A stretch of 64,000 nt of DNA from Octopus sinensis (taxonomy: Eukaryota): contig NC_043019.1 in NCBI RefSeq assembly GCF_006345805.1, positions 16,181,360 to 16,245,359 on the forward strand, given 5' to 3'. Of the stretch, positions 1 to 13,761 are shown one piece after another (within the stretch, counting starts at the first letter, position 1; the number at the start of each line of letters is the position of its first letter). Made by a program: the position numbers and the translations under genes. The notes beneath the pieces were generated by a model, which ran no database searches, had not been told where the DNA came from, and saw nothing but the letters and a program-made list of their open reading frames with translations.

Positions 1-119
1 GTAGATGTGTGTTTGTGATAGTTTCGGGTGGTGATTTCCGGGAATACCCGTGATTTGGAGCTTTGGTACCAATGTTAGAAAGTCTAATTCTTTGATAAAC
101 CATTTTGCTTCTACTGTTT

Positions 120-830
120 GCTTGATGAACATTCCTGTGCTCTCCGCGCCACCCCTCAGCCCCAGCACCACCACCACCACCACCAATTCTATTTGTGCTA
201 TCGCATCAAACAACCACCACAATCACTCCTACTACTATCACCACCACCACCATCACCCGACCTCACCCCAGTCACCATCACTGCTACTGGCATTACTACT
301 ACTACAACTACTACTACTACTACTTGAGCTACTACTGCAATTACTACTACGACTGTCAGCATCTGCATCATCACCATTCACCACTACCACCACCACCACC
401 ACCACCACCACCGCTTCTATATCTCATCTACCGGCATCGAACTACCGCCACAACTGTTTCACCATCACCATCATCATCATCGGCATTACTCTTGCTGGCA
501 TCACAACACCTCCATCACTATCACCAACATACCATACTGCCATCGCCTCTTCCCTCCTCCTCCTCCTCCTCCTCCTCTATCTCGTCTGCCGGCAACATAC
601 AACTCTTCAATTCTAACTACAATTCTAACCATCGCCATCACACAACCACCCAGTCACCACCACCACCACCACCACCACCACCACCACCACCACTACCACC
701 GTCGCGAGTACATTCACAAACAACGCCACTGCTATCGTCACCATTCCTACAAACCGTCACAAACACGCTCACAGTACAACCACCAACACCACCACCACTT
801 ACTGCTAACAGAAGCAGCAAGCAGTAGGAC
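120..830. repeat. Low-complexity CAC/CAT/TAC triplet-derived tract
   Basis: Runs of (CAC)n, (TAC)n, (CCT)n and (CAT)n; the overlapping ORFs in three frames are homopolymeric T/H/P/L tracts. Confidence 0.9.
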
Positions 831-1068
831 GGGGAGGGGGGAAACCATGCAAAGAATGTCCTCTTCCACTTGTTCACTATTTTCCAGCTCAGTGTGTAAA
901 CATCAATTTCCTCCTCCTCCTCCTCCTCCCGCTGCTGCTAACTGCACTCATTCATTCATTCATCTCGTGTTAGCAACTCTACTTTCACTTTCCAACAAAA
1001 CAAGCAGCAGCCTCGCTGTGAAAATCGCCACGTTTTTCTTTCTACATAGTTTTGGCGGCTAACAAACA

Positions 1069-1110
<42 letters not shown>

Positions 1111-1311
1111 GTCGTCGTGTTGTAAACTGCTGCTGATGTTGCGAACTCGCATTCATTCGCAATTCAGAGCTCAGTACAAAAATGTATGTATGATGTACGT
1201 ATTCATGCACGTGTGTGTGTGTGTGTGCGCGCGTGTGTAATACGATTCTGCAGTTCCACGTTATTCCATATTCTTTAAAAAGCCTTTTTCGTACCCAGGC
1301 GCGCATGCGCA
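798..1311 (-). promoter_or_regulatory. Possible promoter and non-coding first exon transcribed leftward
   Basis: GCGCATGCGCA (NRF1/Ewg-type palindrome) at 1301-1311 outside a microsatellite, CpG-retaining sequence at 830-1310, and a perfect minus-strand donor GTAAGT at 803-798. Motif evidence only. Confidence 0.2.
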
Positions 1312-1709
1312 AATGCATCTAAACTTACACGAACTCCCTCATGTGGTGTGTGAATGGTATGAATGTATACACACGCGCAATTCCATATACACACACGCAC
1401 ACACACCAACATAGACCGTGTTCCAATAAGACTTGCATGATATTTCATTCCTTACACACATCCAGCGCGCGCGCACGCACATAGATTTTAAGATTTATTA
1501 AATCTGTCGATTTGAATATATCTCCCTTTCTTGGTGTCATTCATCAGTGCGCGGTCATGCTGGAGCAAGGACTTATTAGGATTTTAGAAATAATATTAGC
1601 CTCAAAAGTTTTTCTAGACTTTTCTAGATTTCCTCCCCGAGATGAACAAAAAAAAGAAAAAAACAAAAAAACAAGTATTAAGTTTGAGTTATGCAGGTTT
1701 TGAACTCAA

Positions 1710-1800
1710 AATGCGAATTTGATGTGTTATACACACACACACACACAAACACCTTCCCCCATATGTGTGTGTGTGTGTATACTCATGTAATCATATCCTG

Positions 1801-1855
<55 letters not shown>

Positions 1856-1962
1856 ATATATATATAACAGTGTACACGAGGGAAACTACCTTTAACAGGT
1901 AATATATATAATATATATATATATATATTACCTGTTAAAGGTAGTTTCCTCGTGTACACTGT

Positions 1963-2043
<81 letters not shown>

Positions 2044-2219
2044 GTATATATATATATATATATATATAACAGTGTACACGAGGGAAACTACCTTAACAGG
2101 TAATTTTATATATATATATATATATAAACTCAGGATATGATTACATGAGTATACACACACACACACATATGGGGGAAGGTGTTTGTGTGTGTGTGTGTAT
2201 AACACATCAAATTCGCATT
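1710..2219. repeat. Nested inverted duplication A+ B+ B- B+ A- separated by (TA)n
   Basis: 1710-1805 is the reverse complement of 2126-2219; the 38-bp segment at 1866-1903 is inverted at 1927-1963 and repeated directly at 2068-2104 (1-nt deletion). Confidence 0.9.
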
Positions 2220-2235
2220 ATATATATATATATAT

Positions 2236-2420
2236 AACGGGAAGCTTTATGAAAATAGACAAAAGACGAAGGCAGGTGGAAAACAAACAAACAATTATAT
2301 TAGTATGGCGCTCAGGAAATATAAATAAAACAAGTCTTTAACGTTTCGAGCCTACGCTCTTCAACAGAAAGATACACAGAGAGAAAAAAACACAGAAAGA
2401 AGGAAAGAAAAAAAATGCGT
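2236..2420 (-). mobile_element. Penelope-type terminal fragment with hammerhead-like motif (A6U variant), ending at (TA)n
   Basis: Minus strand 2371-2335 reads CTTT-CTGTTGA-A-GAGC-GTAG-GCTC-GAAAC-GTT-AAAG; homologous to 11320, 16772, 17215 and 32795. Confidence 0.65.
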
Positions 2421-2716
2421 GCAGTAACTAACGAACCAACATGGCGATCTCTTTTTTGGCCACCATTCGCTCCAATATATATGTATATATACATACTGTG
2501 AAAATAATAAGGGTAGAAAATTTAGAAAAATGTTCACACCGGTGGCTTGCATGCATAATAAAGTCAATAGACAACATCTTTTCATATATAATAATGTATA
2601 AACAATTTACGTATTCATACACGAAAGAGGAGACCTTTAACAGGACACCTTACATGCTAGAAAGGGCAGTTAAAGCCCAAACCACGAATTTCAAAGGGAA
2701 TAAAAATAAAATATGC

Positions 2717-2757
<41 letters not shown>

Positions 2758-2766
2758 CATACACGC

Positions 2767-2826
<60 letters not shown>

Positions 2827-3110
2827 TGTATGTATGCACGCATGCATGCATGTATGTATGACTGTCTGTGTATGTACATGTATGTATATATCTTCATGCA
2901 TGTGTGCATGTATCTTTTATACTTTTATGCATTTCAACCTAAAGGCTGTGACCATGTTGTTATCATATGTATATGTGTGTATGTATGTATGTTTGTGTGT
3001 ATGTTTGTGTGTATGTATGTATATATGTATGTATGTATGTATGTTTGTATGTGTGTGTGTATGTATGTATGTATACTTGTATGTGTGTGTGTGTGTATGT
3101 ATGTATGCCT

Positions 3111-3310
3111 GTATTTGTTTCCCTGCCATCACCCTTTGACAACCAATACTGGTGTTTTTATGTCCCCCTAACTTAGCGGTTCGGTAAAAGTAACCGATAG
3201 AATAAGCACTAGGCTTACAAAGACTAATAATAAGTCCTGGGGGCGATTTCTTCGACTAAAGGCGGTGCTTCAGCATGGCCGCAGTCAAATGACTGAAACA
3301 AATAAAAGAA
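3111..3310 (+). mobile_element. SINE family A, 3' half
   Basis: TTGACAACC...TAACTTAGCGGTTCGG...GATAGAATAAG...CAGCATGGCCGCAGTCAAATGACTGAAACAA, shared with more than 10 copies in the window. Confidence 0.85.
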
Positions 3311-3333
3311 TATATATATATATGTGTGTGTGG

Positions 3334-3387
<54 letters not shown>

Positions 3388-3794
3388 GTAATTTTAAAAA
3401 GGTAATGAAACTTTATTAGATACCTTGTTTAATTATAAACCTGGTGGAGACACGACTTTGTAGCTCGTTACGCTGTATTAGACGCAGCCTTTGTTTTTTT
3501 TACGTAGATGTTGGTAAAAAGGAAACCATTAAACAAAAGAGCATGTTACACGTAGAATGCTGTGTGGCGAAACAAGAGTTGTTGGTTGGTTGCATCGATT
3601 ATTGAAATCATTATTCAGTGGAATCCTCAACTTTAAATTCAAAACTTTTACAACAGCGACTGGAATAGACTTTTAAAGAAATGACTAGCAAATAATAAAC
3701 CTTGCCAAGAAGCGTAATCCACATGTTGAATCCTAATCGGGCGAATATTATGTTTACGAAGAGTTAGAGAAGTAAAATATATTAGTCTTGTTTC

Positions 3795-3945
3795 AGGCGA
3801 CCTGGTACAATCGTCAGTATGCCGGACAAAATATTTAGCAACATTTCGTCCGGCCTTGCGTTCTGAGTTCAAATTCCGCCCAAGTGTCGACCCTTTCATC
3901 CTTTTTTGTGAGTCTATGACTGCAGCTGGCCTTGTGCCATTATTA
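3795..3945 (+). mobile_element. tRNA-derived SINE family B, decayed
   Basis: CGTTCTGAGTTCAAATTCCGCC...GTCGAC...TTTCATCC B-box-containing head; related copies near 22430, 28290, 29800-30045 and 42040. Confidence 0.7.
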
Positions 3946-3948
3946 TTA

Positions 3949-4460
3949 TTATCATTATTATCATTATTATTATTATTATTATTACTATTACTATTATTAT
4001 TATTATTATTATTATTGAGTGGGAGAGCAGTGCATGCCATCAAAGTGACACCGGGATAAAATATACGAAGCCCAATATATCCATCATGACTACCCGTCTG
4101 ATAAGGGGACACCAAGCACACGCACCACACATGCACGTGTGTGCGACATGGTGAACTTATATCAAGATAAACAGCACGTGACCATGCAGGTGGAGGCCCA
4201 ATTAGAATTTTTGTCAGGTCGAATAGCTCATCCTGCTCAAAAGGTCCTTGAATAAAGGTTGTTTAAGGATGTTGAATGAAACACCCGTGTTTCCAGAGGA
4301 ATACTATTCAAACTCCAAAGAATTCTTCTCAACACATAATGCTCCCCCACTACTTCACTGAAGAAGATCCAGCAACAGTGATTACCTTGGATGACATCAG
4401 GTAGCCACTGACGTTGAACGTGCTTTACCGGCGTACTACTAGGAACATACCCAACACCTA
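3949..4460 (-). mobile_element. (AAT)n-tailed interspersed retroelement fragment
   Basis: Ends ...GGCATGCACTGCTCTCCCACTC(AAT)n on the minus strand; its 5' part (GGGTATGTTCCTAGTAGT...GGCTACCTGATGTCATCC) recurs at ~6225-6350 and, decayed, at ~17940-18050. Confidence 0.6.
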
Positions 4461-4477
4461 TATATATATATATATAT

Positions 4478-4680
4478 AGTTCTATATTTAAGAGATGAAG
4501 AATTATGTACATTATTTACAGTATTTATATTTGACGAATATTTGTCCTCATCTTGTTTGTTGTTAAAACAAGGTTTGTTGTTAACAGAAGGTTAACACAA
4601 GGTTTCCAGCATTCATCAGGTGTCTTGGGGACATTTCGAAATTGGCTTCTCATTCCTAAGGTATTTTTCGATGTTGTTGT
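4478..4680 (-). mobile_element. Penelope-type 3' terminal fragment with collapsed hammerhead core
   Basis: Minus strand 4619-4602 reads CTGATGA-ATGCTG-GAAAC with stem II apparently deleted, followed by ~120 nt ending at (TA)n. Confidence 0.4.
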
Positions 4681-4739
4681 TGTTGTTATTGGTGTTGTTG
4701 TTGTTGTTGTTGTTTTAAAATAAAATATGGTCCGTTGTC

Positions 4740-5344
4740 TTCGGCTGAATCGGGGTCATCCCTTGACCCTAAGGTCACAGTAGGTTCTCATCTCATGGAG
4801 AGTACACGGCGTAAAATGTGTGCGGAACCTAGCAACACAATTTTCTGAAGTTCTCCCACATTAACACTGCAAGGGAGTTTGTTGAGCTGCTTCTCAAGGC
4901 CCTTTTTAATAAGCCCTAACGCTCCAATCACCACTGGTGCTGTGCTGCTTTTCATTCCCCATATCTTGGTCACTTCTATTTCTAGGTCTTTGTACTTAAA
5001 TAACTTCTCAACTTCTTTAATGGACACGTTTCTCTCTGATGGTACTGCCACATCTATCATTAAGCATTTCTTATTCTTCCCATCTTTGGTGATTATGTCC
5101 GGCCTGTTTGCCTTGATTTCTTTATCGGTGTTCATTGGCATTCCCAGAGTACTGTTACATCATCTTTTCCGGACACAGTTTCAGGTTTATGCTGGTACCA
5201 TCTTTCTGAAGTTGGAAGCTGGCAGTGTTTACATATCTTCCAATGGATATATTGCGCTACTCTATCGTGTCTATGAATATATTCGGTTTTTGTAAGCGGT
5301 GTGCATCCAGTTAAAATGTAGTCCATTCTTTCATCCTGCTCATG

Positions 5345-5345
<1 letters not shown>
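4740..5345 (-). mobile_element. R4/Dong-clade non-LTR retrotransposon, 5'-truncated 3' end (zinc-knuckle remnant plus restriction-like endonuclease)
   Basis: CHEQDERMDYILTGC...YIHRHDRVAQYIHW followed, after a frameshift, by ANRPDII...IDVAVP...EKLFKYKDL...PVVIGALG...LQKIVLLGSAHILRRVL, the PD-(D/E)xK RLE C-terminus typical of R4/Dong. Confidence 0.9.
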
Positions 5346-5691
<346 letters not shown>

Positions 5692-5946
5692 CCTGCAAGA
5701 AGTGCAAAAGATTGTCGTAACTGGTACATCACACGTATTGAGAAGAGCATTGTCGATGTGAGAACTGTTGCTGCTCATGTATTTTAATTTAACTTTAAAA
5801 AAATAATAAAATTTTTTTTTTTAAATGAACGAACTATTGAGTTTAGTTTAATGGCCTACCAATGTATACTATGAGTTTCTTTGCCTTAGGAGTCGGGAAG
5901 ACACTCGGCAAGAAATGGAAGCAAATTTGAAAGAAGAAAAAAAAAA

Positions 5947-5992
<46 letters not shown>

Positions 5993-6860
5993 TAATAATA
6001 ATAATAATAATAATAATAGTAATAATAATATTAATAATAATAATGATAATATTAGGAGGTTTCACAAGTCAAAGAAGAGAACACTCAATGTAAAGTCATA
6101 AAATGGGAAACACTTATATAAGTATGCTTGCCAAACATGGCGCTTCATTCATAATATTCACGCACACACACACACACACACACACATACACAAACACACA
6201 CACAAGTTAATATATATTTAAGTGTTGGGTATGTTCCTAGTAGTGCGCCGGTAAAGCCCGTTCACTGACAGTGGCTACCTGATGTCATCCACGGTAACTA
6301 CACAATTGTCGCTGGATCTACCTCAGGAATTCCTCAGTGTACGTTGAATATAAAACAAATGGAATGCATGGGAAACCTTATTGCTCACAACGATCGTTTC
6401 GACACATCCTGTATCGATCCCTCGCAGGTGGGAAACTATACAGTTATTTGTGGTGAACCCCTCAATGTAGAAGGATCTGGTCAGGTAATATAATACAGGG
6501 TGTCTCGTTAAATAAACTCTGTTCGATTGGATTTATGTTATTACATCGTTTCACACCCACCAGGGAATAGTACAGAATGAAGTCGGGGCAATTGTGCTAA
6601 TAAATGCTTCTAGTTACACTCCTTTAATCTTTTAATATATATATATATGTATATATATATATAATTCTTTCCCAAACAAATTACACTCAGCTATGAGTCC
6701 ATATCTTTAACAGAAACGGCTGTAAGGTAATGGAGTTCATAAGATGACCATTTATTCCCTTGTCATTTGTCTTTCATATTACCTCGCTATACTCAGCAAA
6801 CAGTTCGTTCTGAAACATATGTATATATAACATGCATGCATACATACATACATACATATA

Positions 6861-6891
<31 letters not shown>

Positions 6892-7056
6892 GTGTGTGTG
6901 TAATGTAACAAGAGATTGATTGTTAGCTCTTAGATAAAATCTATTATTGACTTTCTTCTTTTTCTTAATATACAAAATCTGTCCACCACTTCAAACTACC
7001 TACACTTACATATATACATATAATCATACATAGAAATAGATAGATAGATGCATGCG

Positions 7057-7135
<79 letters not shown>

Positions 7136-7206
7136 TATATATATTATATATATATGTATATATATATACATATGCATTACATATGTATATATACATATAT
7201 ATAAGT

Positions 7207-7238
<32 letters not shown>

Positions 7239-7611
7239 TAATGCATATGTATATATATATATATATAATGCATATATATATATATATACGAATGCATATA
7301 TATGTATATATATATATGTATGTATGTGTAAGCATCTGTAGACGTATGCACTCAACGAGGATATTTGCCGTTTCTTTATTCCATATTTTCCTCGTGTGAT
7401 ATGTTTTAAGTTTATATTTATGCATTTATCGATTTCACATAAAGTTATGGGTGTAGGTGGAGGGTGGGGGGTGGGGACACATGCACCTCGAATGTACTTC
7501 GGAAGAGTGGCAAAGGGGAGGGGGAGTTGTTCTGTTCTATTGAATCAGGTATGCACTCACTCACACACACGCACGCACACACACTCGCACACATATATAT
7601 ATGTGTGTGTG

Positions 7612-7647
<36 letters not shown>

Positions 7648-7838
7648 GCCTGAGAATATGTGTAATATGTGGGTATATGTGTTGTGTCTCTGTGTGTTTG
7701 TGTGTTTATTTCTGTATGCATGTGTGTGTGTTTGTGCCTTTGCCTGGCTCTACGCGCGTGCACACGTGTATATGCATGTCTGTATATGTGTGTGTGTGTG
7801 TGTGTGTGTTTGTAGAAATGAATGTGTGTGTGTGTGTT

Positions 7839-7877
<39 letters not shown>

Positions 7878-9031
7878 TGTGTTTCTCTGTATGGTATATG
7901 TTGCTATTGATGTTATTTAGCCTCTGGACAGTCCTAATCGATGAAACAAAGGCATTCCAACCATGACCTTTTCCAAAAACTATGGGAAGGAAGTGGAAAG
8001 TGAAAGTTGAAGATTTGGCTTCTATTTCTAGCATTTCCAACGACCATGCAGAAGCACCCACGTTGGCTCATCTCTGTGTTTGTGTGCAGTTGTTTTCTAC
8101 CTACATGTGTACATGTGTGTGTGTGTGTGTGTGTGTGCATGTGTGTGTGTTCGTCTATTGCATCTTTAGCCTTGTGCCAGCGTCAAAGAAATCGATAAGA
8201 AGTGACAAACACACACACACACATTCACACACACACACACACATTCACACACACACACACACAGACACACACACGCGCACACATTCACTCATACGCAGAT
8301 CACATCACATGTAACGGTAATGGAATGTTACTGACCAAATTTCACGTGCTCTGCGCGACAGGGAAGCCATGCAGGCAGACAGGCAGACAGACAGAAAGAC
8401 TGATAGGCAGGCAGACAGGCAGGCAGAAAGAAAGACTGAGAGACAGGCAGACAGGCAGGCAGGCAGATAAGTCAAAAGGAAAACAACGGCGTTGAAGAGA
8501 GGAAAATGTGAGAGAACCGGGTGGAGGTATCGGACAGCAGCGATTGGTACGATAAGTTAGGATACTTCTTTCCGAAGTCGGGTGGAAGAGGGGTGCCGAC
8601 AGAAAACTATATTCTTGTGAGTAATGTAAATGGTTGTTAGAATTGTTAGCAATGAGAGGTAGATCTACTTTCAACTAAACCACTGCCTTCTTCGAAATAT
8701 TGCCATTGTCCACGGAGATGAGTTTTAGAAGTAGCGTCACATTTTCAAAAATAGCAATAGCGGGTGCTTTCGTTGCAAGTAACCTGTGTGTGTGTGTGTG
8801 TCTGAACTTGTGTCATTTCTACCTATCTATCTATGTATATAGTGTACATTTAACCACATAAGAGATGGCCATAATCGGACATCTAACTCGCTAGAAGGAG
8901 TAGTTAAAATCTGCTATGTGTTTAAATGTACACTGTATATATAATGAATAATATATAGTCTATTGACTGCTTTTTCTACACGCTAGGCCACGGTGGTAAA
9001 AAAATTCTAAATAATATTTTACTACCCTGAA

Positions 9032-9109
<78 letters not shown>

Positions 9110-10025
9110 TGTGGGTATATGTATATGCGTAATATATATATAGGTGATATATTTTTATATTATGCTTCTTAAAGTGAAACTTTGAGGATGACGTAGTTAG
9201 TGTTTAGGTAGAACACGTGGGGGACATACCTGAGTATAGATTTTCGTTTTACCATACATAAATGTATGCATGCACATACGTGCATACATGCATTTATGTG
9301 TATACGCACACATACGGTTCTATTTTATTTGCGGAATACGGAATATCATTACTCAATTGATGACTGGTTTAATTTGATAAAGAACACAGCGTAATCAGCT
9401 ACATGTGGTCCCATCTGACAACCCGTGGATGTTACATTACTTTGAAGCGTGTAATATTAGTTGACGATGGAATGGCCATGGCCGGAATGCATTTCATCAT
9501 AGGTTTGTTTACTCTATCTCAATTGACCTGGGTAATGATCGCGCCCCCCCCCCCCGCCACACACACACACTCACACATCGAAAGAATAAGTACTAGGGGC
9601 CGATTTGATCAACAACATCGTCAAGGCGGTTCTTCTGCAGGGTTGCAATCCAATGACTGAAACAGGTAAAAGAATACATTTTTAAAAACCGCCACCACCG
9701 TCATCATCATCATCACCATCATTATCATCATCATTATCATCATCATCGTCATTGTCATCATCTCTATGGAAATGTAGTTTGAGAAGTTAACGGTGGTGGC
9801 GCTGACGCTTGCGGCGTTGTCATCATCACGTTGACGACGTTGGTGATGACGGTGCGGGGAAGGCGAAGGTAGAGGTGGCGGTGGGGTGGAGAAAGAAGAG
9901 TAAGTCGTTGTGGTGATGAATGGTAAGGGCGAGGAGAAGGAAGAGTGAGGAGTAAAGAGAGAGAGAGGGAGGGAGAGAGCTGAGAGGAGCAGTGAGAATC
10001 TAAAAGATGGCGAGGGTGATGATGA

Positions 10026-10059
<34 letters not shown>

Positions 10060-11140
10060 GGTGATGCTGCCGTGACGATGATGCTTGTGTTGAAGTGGTA
10101 GTGGTGATGATGGTAGTGATGGTGGTGGTGGTGGTGGTAGCAGTGGTGGTGGCGATGACTTTAATAGTGACGAAGGTTGGGAGAGATTGCGATGGTAAGA
10201 GGGGTGGTGGTGGTGATGAGTTAAGCTTACGATATGAGAATATGACGGTGGTACAAGTAGTAGTAGTGGTGATGGTAGTGGTGGTGGTGGTTTTGGCGGT
10301 AACGCTTGTGATGATGATGATGATGATGTTTGTGCGGTAGTAGTGATGGTAGTTGCATGAGGAGGGTGTTGAGGGTTGCGATGATCGTGTTGGAGAGGTG
10401 GTAATATAGGGGATGGTGGTGGTGGTGGTTGTGGTGGTGGTAGAGGGTCGATGGTGGGGTAGGATGGGGGTGGATGTTCTCTTATTTTTTTTTCCCCCTG
10501 TCTTTAAATTGCTGCACGAGTAACACAGCCCCCACCCGCGCCCGCCTCACCACCGCCACCGCCACTTCTAACAAACAGTAGCCCTCCCCCAACCCACCCC
10601 CCTCCACGCGCACACGCGCACGCACGCTTCTGTCAGCACGTGACTTTCGACAACATAAATCAATGGAACCGATGATTCTGTGTACACACGCGCGCTCGTG
10701 TGTGTGTGTGTGTGTGTGTTTGTGTGTGTATGTGTGTGTGTGTGTGTGTGTGTGCGTGAGTGTGTCTGTGTGTGTGTGTGTGCGTGTGCATATGATTTTC
10801 CCTTAAAGGGTATCCATATATGTATTTGTATATATATGAGTGAATTCATATATGTATATATATGTATGTACGTATGTATGTGTATATGTAGGAGTGTGCA
10901 TTATGTGTGTATGAAAGAGACCCTTCATTTTATATGTGTGTGCGTGTGTCTATACACATGCACACCACACACACACACAATTTGGTACGTTAAAAAGTTC
11001 CTCCGATTTAGAAATGATTTTGTTAATTAGTCAACCTCCAGAAACCAGTGTCAGATTACAAATGAGAGAGTTTAAAACTCTATTAGTGACTCTGTACGTT
11101 CAGAGAGGAAAAGAGGTTGGTTTGGAGTCGGAATATATTA

Positions 11141-11203
<63 letters not shown>

Positions 11204-11319
11204 TGTACACTCAAACATACATGCATGCTCACACGCATACGTACACATATATACATACATCTACACGTGTATGTATATAAATATGTGCGTGCGTGCATAG
11301 CCACTATACCTTTTTCCAT

Positions 11320-11469
11320 TTTCTCTCCCTGTTTTTTTCTGTGTTCCCTTCTGTCGAAGAGCATAGGCTCGAAACGTTAAAGACTTTCTCAATTCCCGAA
11401 CGTTAAACTAATACATCTGTTTGTTGCTTAGACACCCGTCCTCGTCTTTTGAGATTTGTAAATTCTCAC

Positions 11470-11470
<1 letters not shown>
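11320..11470 (+). mobile_element. Penelope-type terminal fragment with hammerhead-like motif (A6U variant)
   Basis: 11347-11382 reads CCTT-CTGTCGA-A-GAGC-ATAG-GCTC-GAAAC-GTT-AAAG, then ~90 nt ending at (TA)n. Confidence 0.65.
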
Positions 11471-11500
<30 letters not shown>

Positions 11501-12016
11501 GTATGTATACGGAATGTGTTGAGTCAAACTTATCGAAGTATATATACATAAATACAAAATAAAGCTTAAATTTTAATCAGCAGAGTAGAAGTGTACAAGA
11601 CTTTCGTAAAGTTCAGCACTTTGTGACTATAATAGCTGTTATTGGGGGAAGAGGGAGAGAGAGAGAGAGAAGTAGTAAGGAAGGAGGAATGTTGGAGAAG
11701 AACCGGTGATTGCCAGAATCAGAGTGAGGTGGGAGGGGGAGTTACCGGCTTTGGATGGTGGAGGCGGTGGGTGAGGGAGTTGAAGAATAACGCAAAGAGG
11801 AGAGAGAAGCATGGAGAATGTACGTGGTTGTTAGGTAAAGAAGGGGGTGGTTTAAGGGTGGGGGGGAGTGGTTACAGTAGGAAGGGGAGGGAGACACGAA
11901 GAAGAAGAAGAGGGAGAGGAGGAGGGGAGGGAAAGAGAGAAAGCATGTTTCTGTGGAAAAGTTCTGGAACAATGCAATGGAATCTGCTTCTTGTTAAAAT
12001 GGAAGTGTTTATATAT

Positions 12017-12055
<39 letters not shown>

Positions 12056-12219
12056 TGTACGTGTGTGTGAGAGGGAAAGAGTGTGTATGCATGTATGTGT
12101 GGTGTGTGTGTGTATATGTATGCAGAGAGAGAGAGAGAGAGAGAAAGAGTGTGTGTGTATGTGTGTGAAGCTAATATTGTTGTACCCATGTAATGGATAC
12201 ACACGTGATACATACATGC

Positions 12220-12259
<40 letters not shown>

Positions 12260-12358
12260 CATTTCCAAGATTCTCCATTCCAGTGTTATACACTTTGTAT
12301 GCGTATGTTGGTACGGCATGCGCATATATATATAGATAATGTGTAATAACACCTCGTA

Positions 12359-12392
<34 letters not shown>

Positions 12393-12749
12393 AGCATGCA
12401 CATGTATAATTACCACATGTATGCATGTTGCATCATCTACACCACGCTCTCTCTCTCTCTCTCTCTCTCTCTCTACATCGACATACCCCTAACACATTCA
12501 TACACACGTATGCATGCATATATCTATACACATGGTTCCTACATACGGACATACGCAGGCGCCTTCTGCATACACGCATGCCTCCCTACATGCACACACT
12601 CATACATTCATATATCTACATATATGCATACAATACACACACACACGTACGCGCGCACGTACAACACTGCATATTGCTATTTGTACAAATATATATATAT
12701 ATATATATGCATATGGCGATATGCATGCATGTGTGTGTTTGTGTGTGTG

Positions 12750-12786
<37 letters not shown>

Positions 12787-12799
12787 TGTGTGTGTTTGT

Positions 12800-13430
12800 G
12801 TGTGTGTGAGCTGTCACAAACTGTTGCGTTTTGGAGTGAATTATTACATAAGTTATCGAGCCATTTATAGCAATAATAATAATAATAATAGACGTGAGCA
12901 GAGACTAGGTGGCGGTAATGCCGTGCCCGGAGACTAACAATTAGTAAAGACTTGAATAAAGTGACTGAGTTTTCCTTGCTTTAAGCCTCCAACTTCGCAA
13001 TCTTCCCACACAAACATAATTACACACACATATATGATATACATTATATAATGTGTGTGTGTGCGTGTGTGTGTCTGTGTGTGTGTGTGTGTGGCGTGTG
13101 TGGTCTGTGTGTGGTGTGTGTGTGTGTGTGGTGTGTGTGTGTGTGTGTGTGTTGTTTGTGTGTGTTTTTTGTGTGTGTGAGCTGTCACAAACTGTTTGCG
13201 TTTGGAGTGAATTATTACATAAGTTATCGAGCCATTTATAGCAATAATAATAATAATAATAGACGTGAGCAGAGACTAGGTGGCGGTAATGCCGTGCCCG
13301 GAGACTAACAATTAGTAAAGACTTGAATAAAGTGACTGAGTTTTCCTTGCTTTAAGCCTCCAACTTCGCAATCTTCCCACACAAACATAATTACACACCA
13401 TATATGATATACATTATATAATGTGTTGTG
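12800..13430. repeat. Tandem duplication, 371-bp period
   Basis: GAGCTGTCACAAACTG...CAAACATAATTACAC occurs twice at offset 371, bounded by (TG)n. Confidence 0.9.
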
Positions 13431-13671
13431 TGCGTGTGTTGGTGTCTGTGTGGGTGTTGTGGTGTTGCGTGTGGGTGTCTGTGTGTGTGTGTGTGTGTGT
13501 GTATGTGTGTGTATGTGAGCCAACGACAGACTCTATGAAGCAATTCGATCAGCTAAAAATGGTAGTCAAATTTCCCTCATTTTTAGAATATGATATATAT
13601 ATAATCTGAAGTGGTACTGATTCCTAAAAAGTAGAATACAGAAGAATTGGCCATATTTGGAACGCTTTCAT

Positions 13672-13727
13672 TAGATGTTTAATGCTTGTGGATGATATAA
13701 TATATATATCATCCACAAGGATTAAAC

Positions 13728-13732
<5 letters not shown>
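13672..13732. repeat. TA-centred palindrome, ~28-bp arms with one mismatch
   Basis: TAGATGTTTAATGCTTGTGGATGATATA pairs with TATATCATCCACAAGGATTAAACATCTA. Confidence 0.9.

Positions 13733-13761
<29 letters not shown>

Noticed and set aside
50-877. Overlapping poly-T/H/P/L ORFs
   Set aside because: Triplet-repeat artefacts open in several frames at once.
8500-8800. Unique-looking sequence within ORF 8342-8674
   Set aside because: No identifiable protein motif in any frame; the ORF is extended by a (GCAG/ACAG) repeat.
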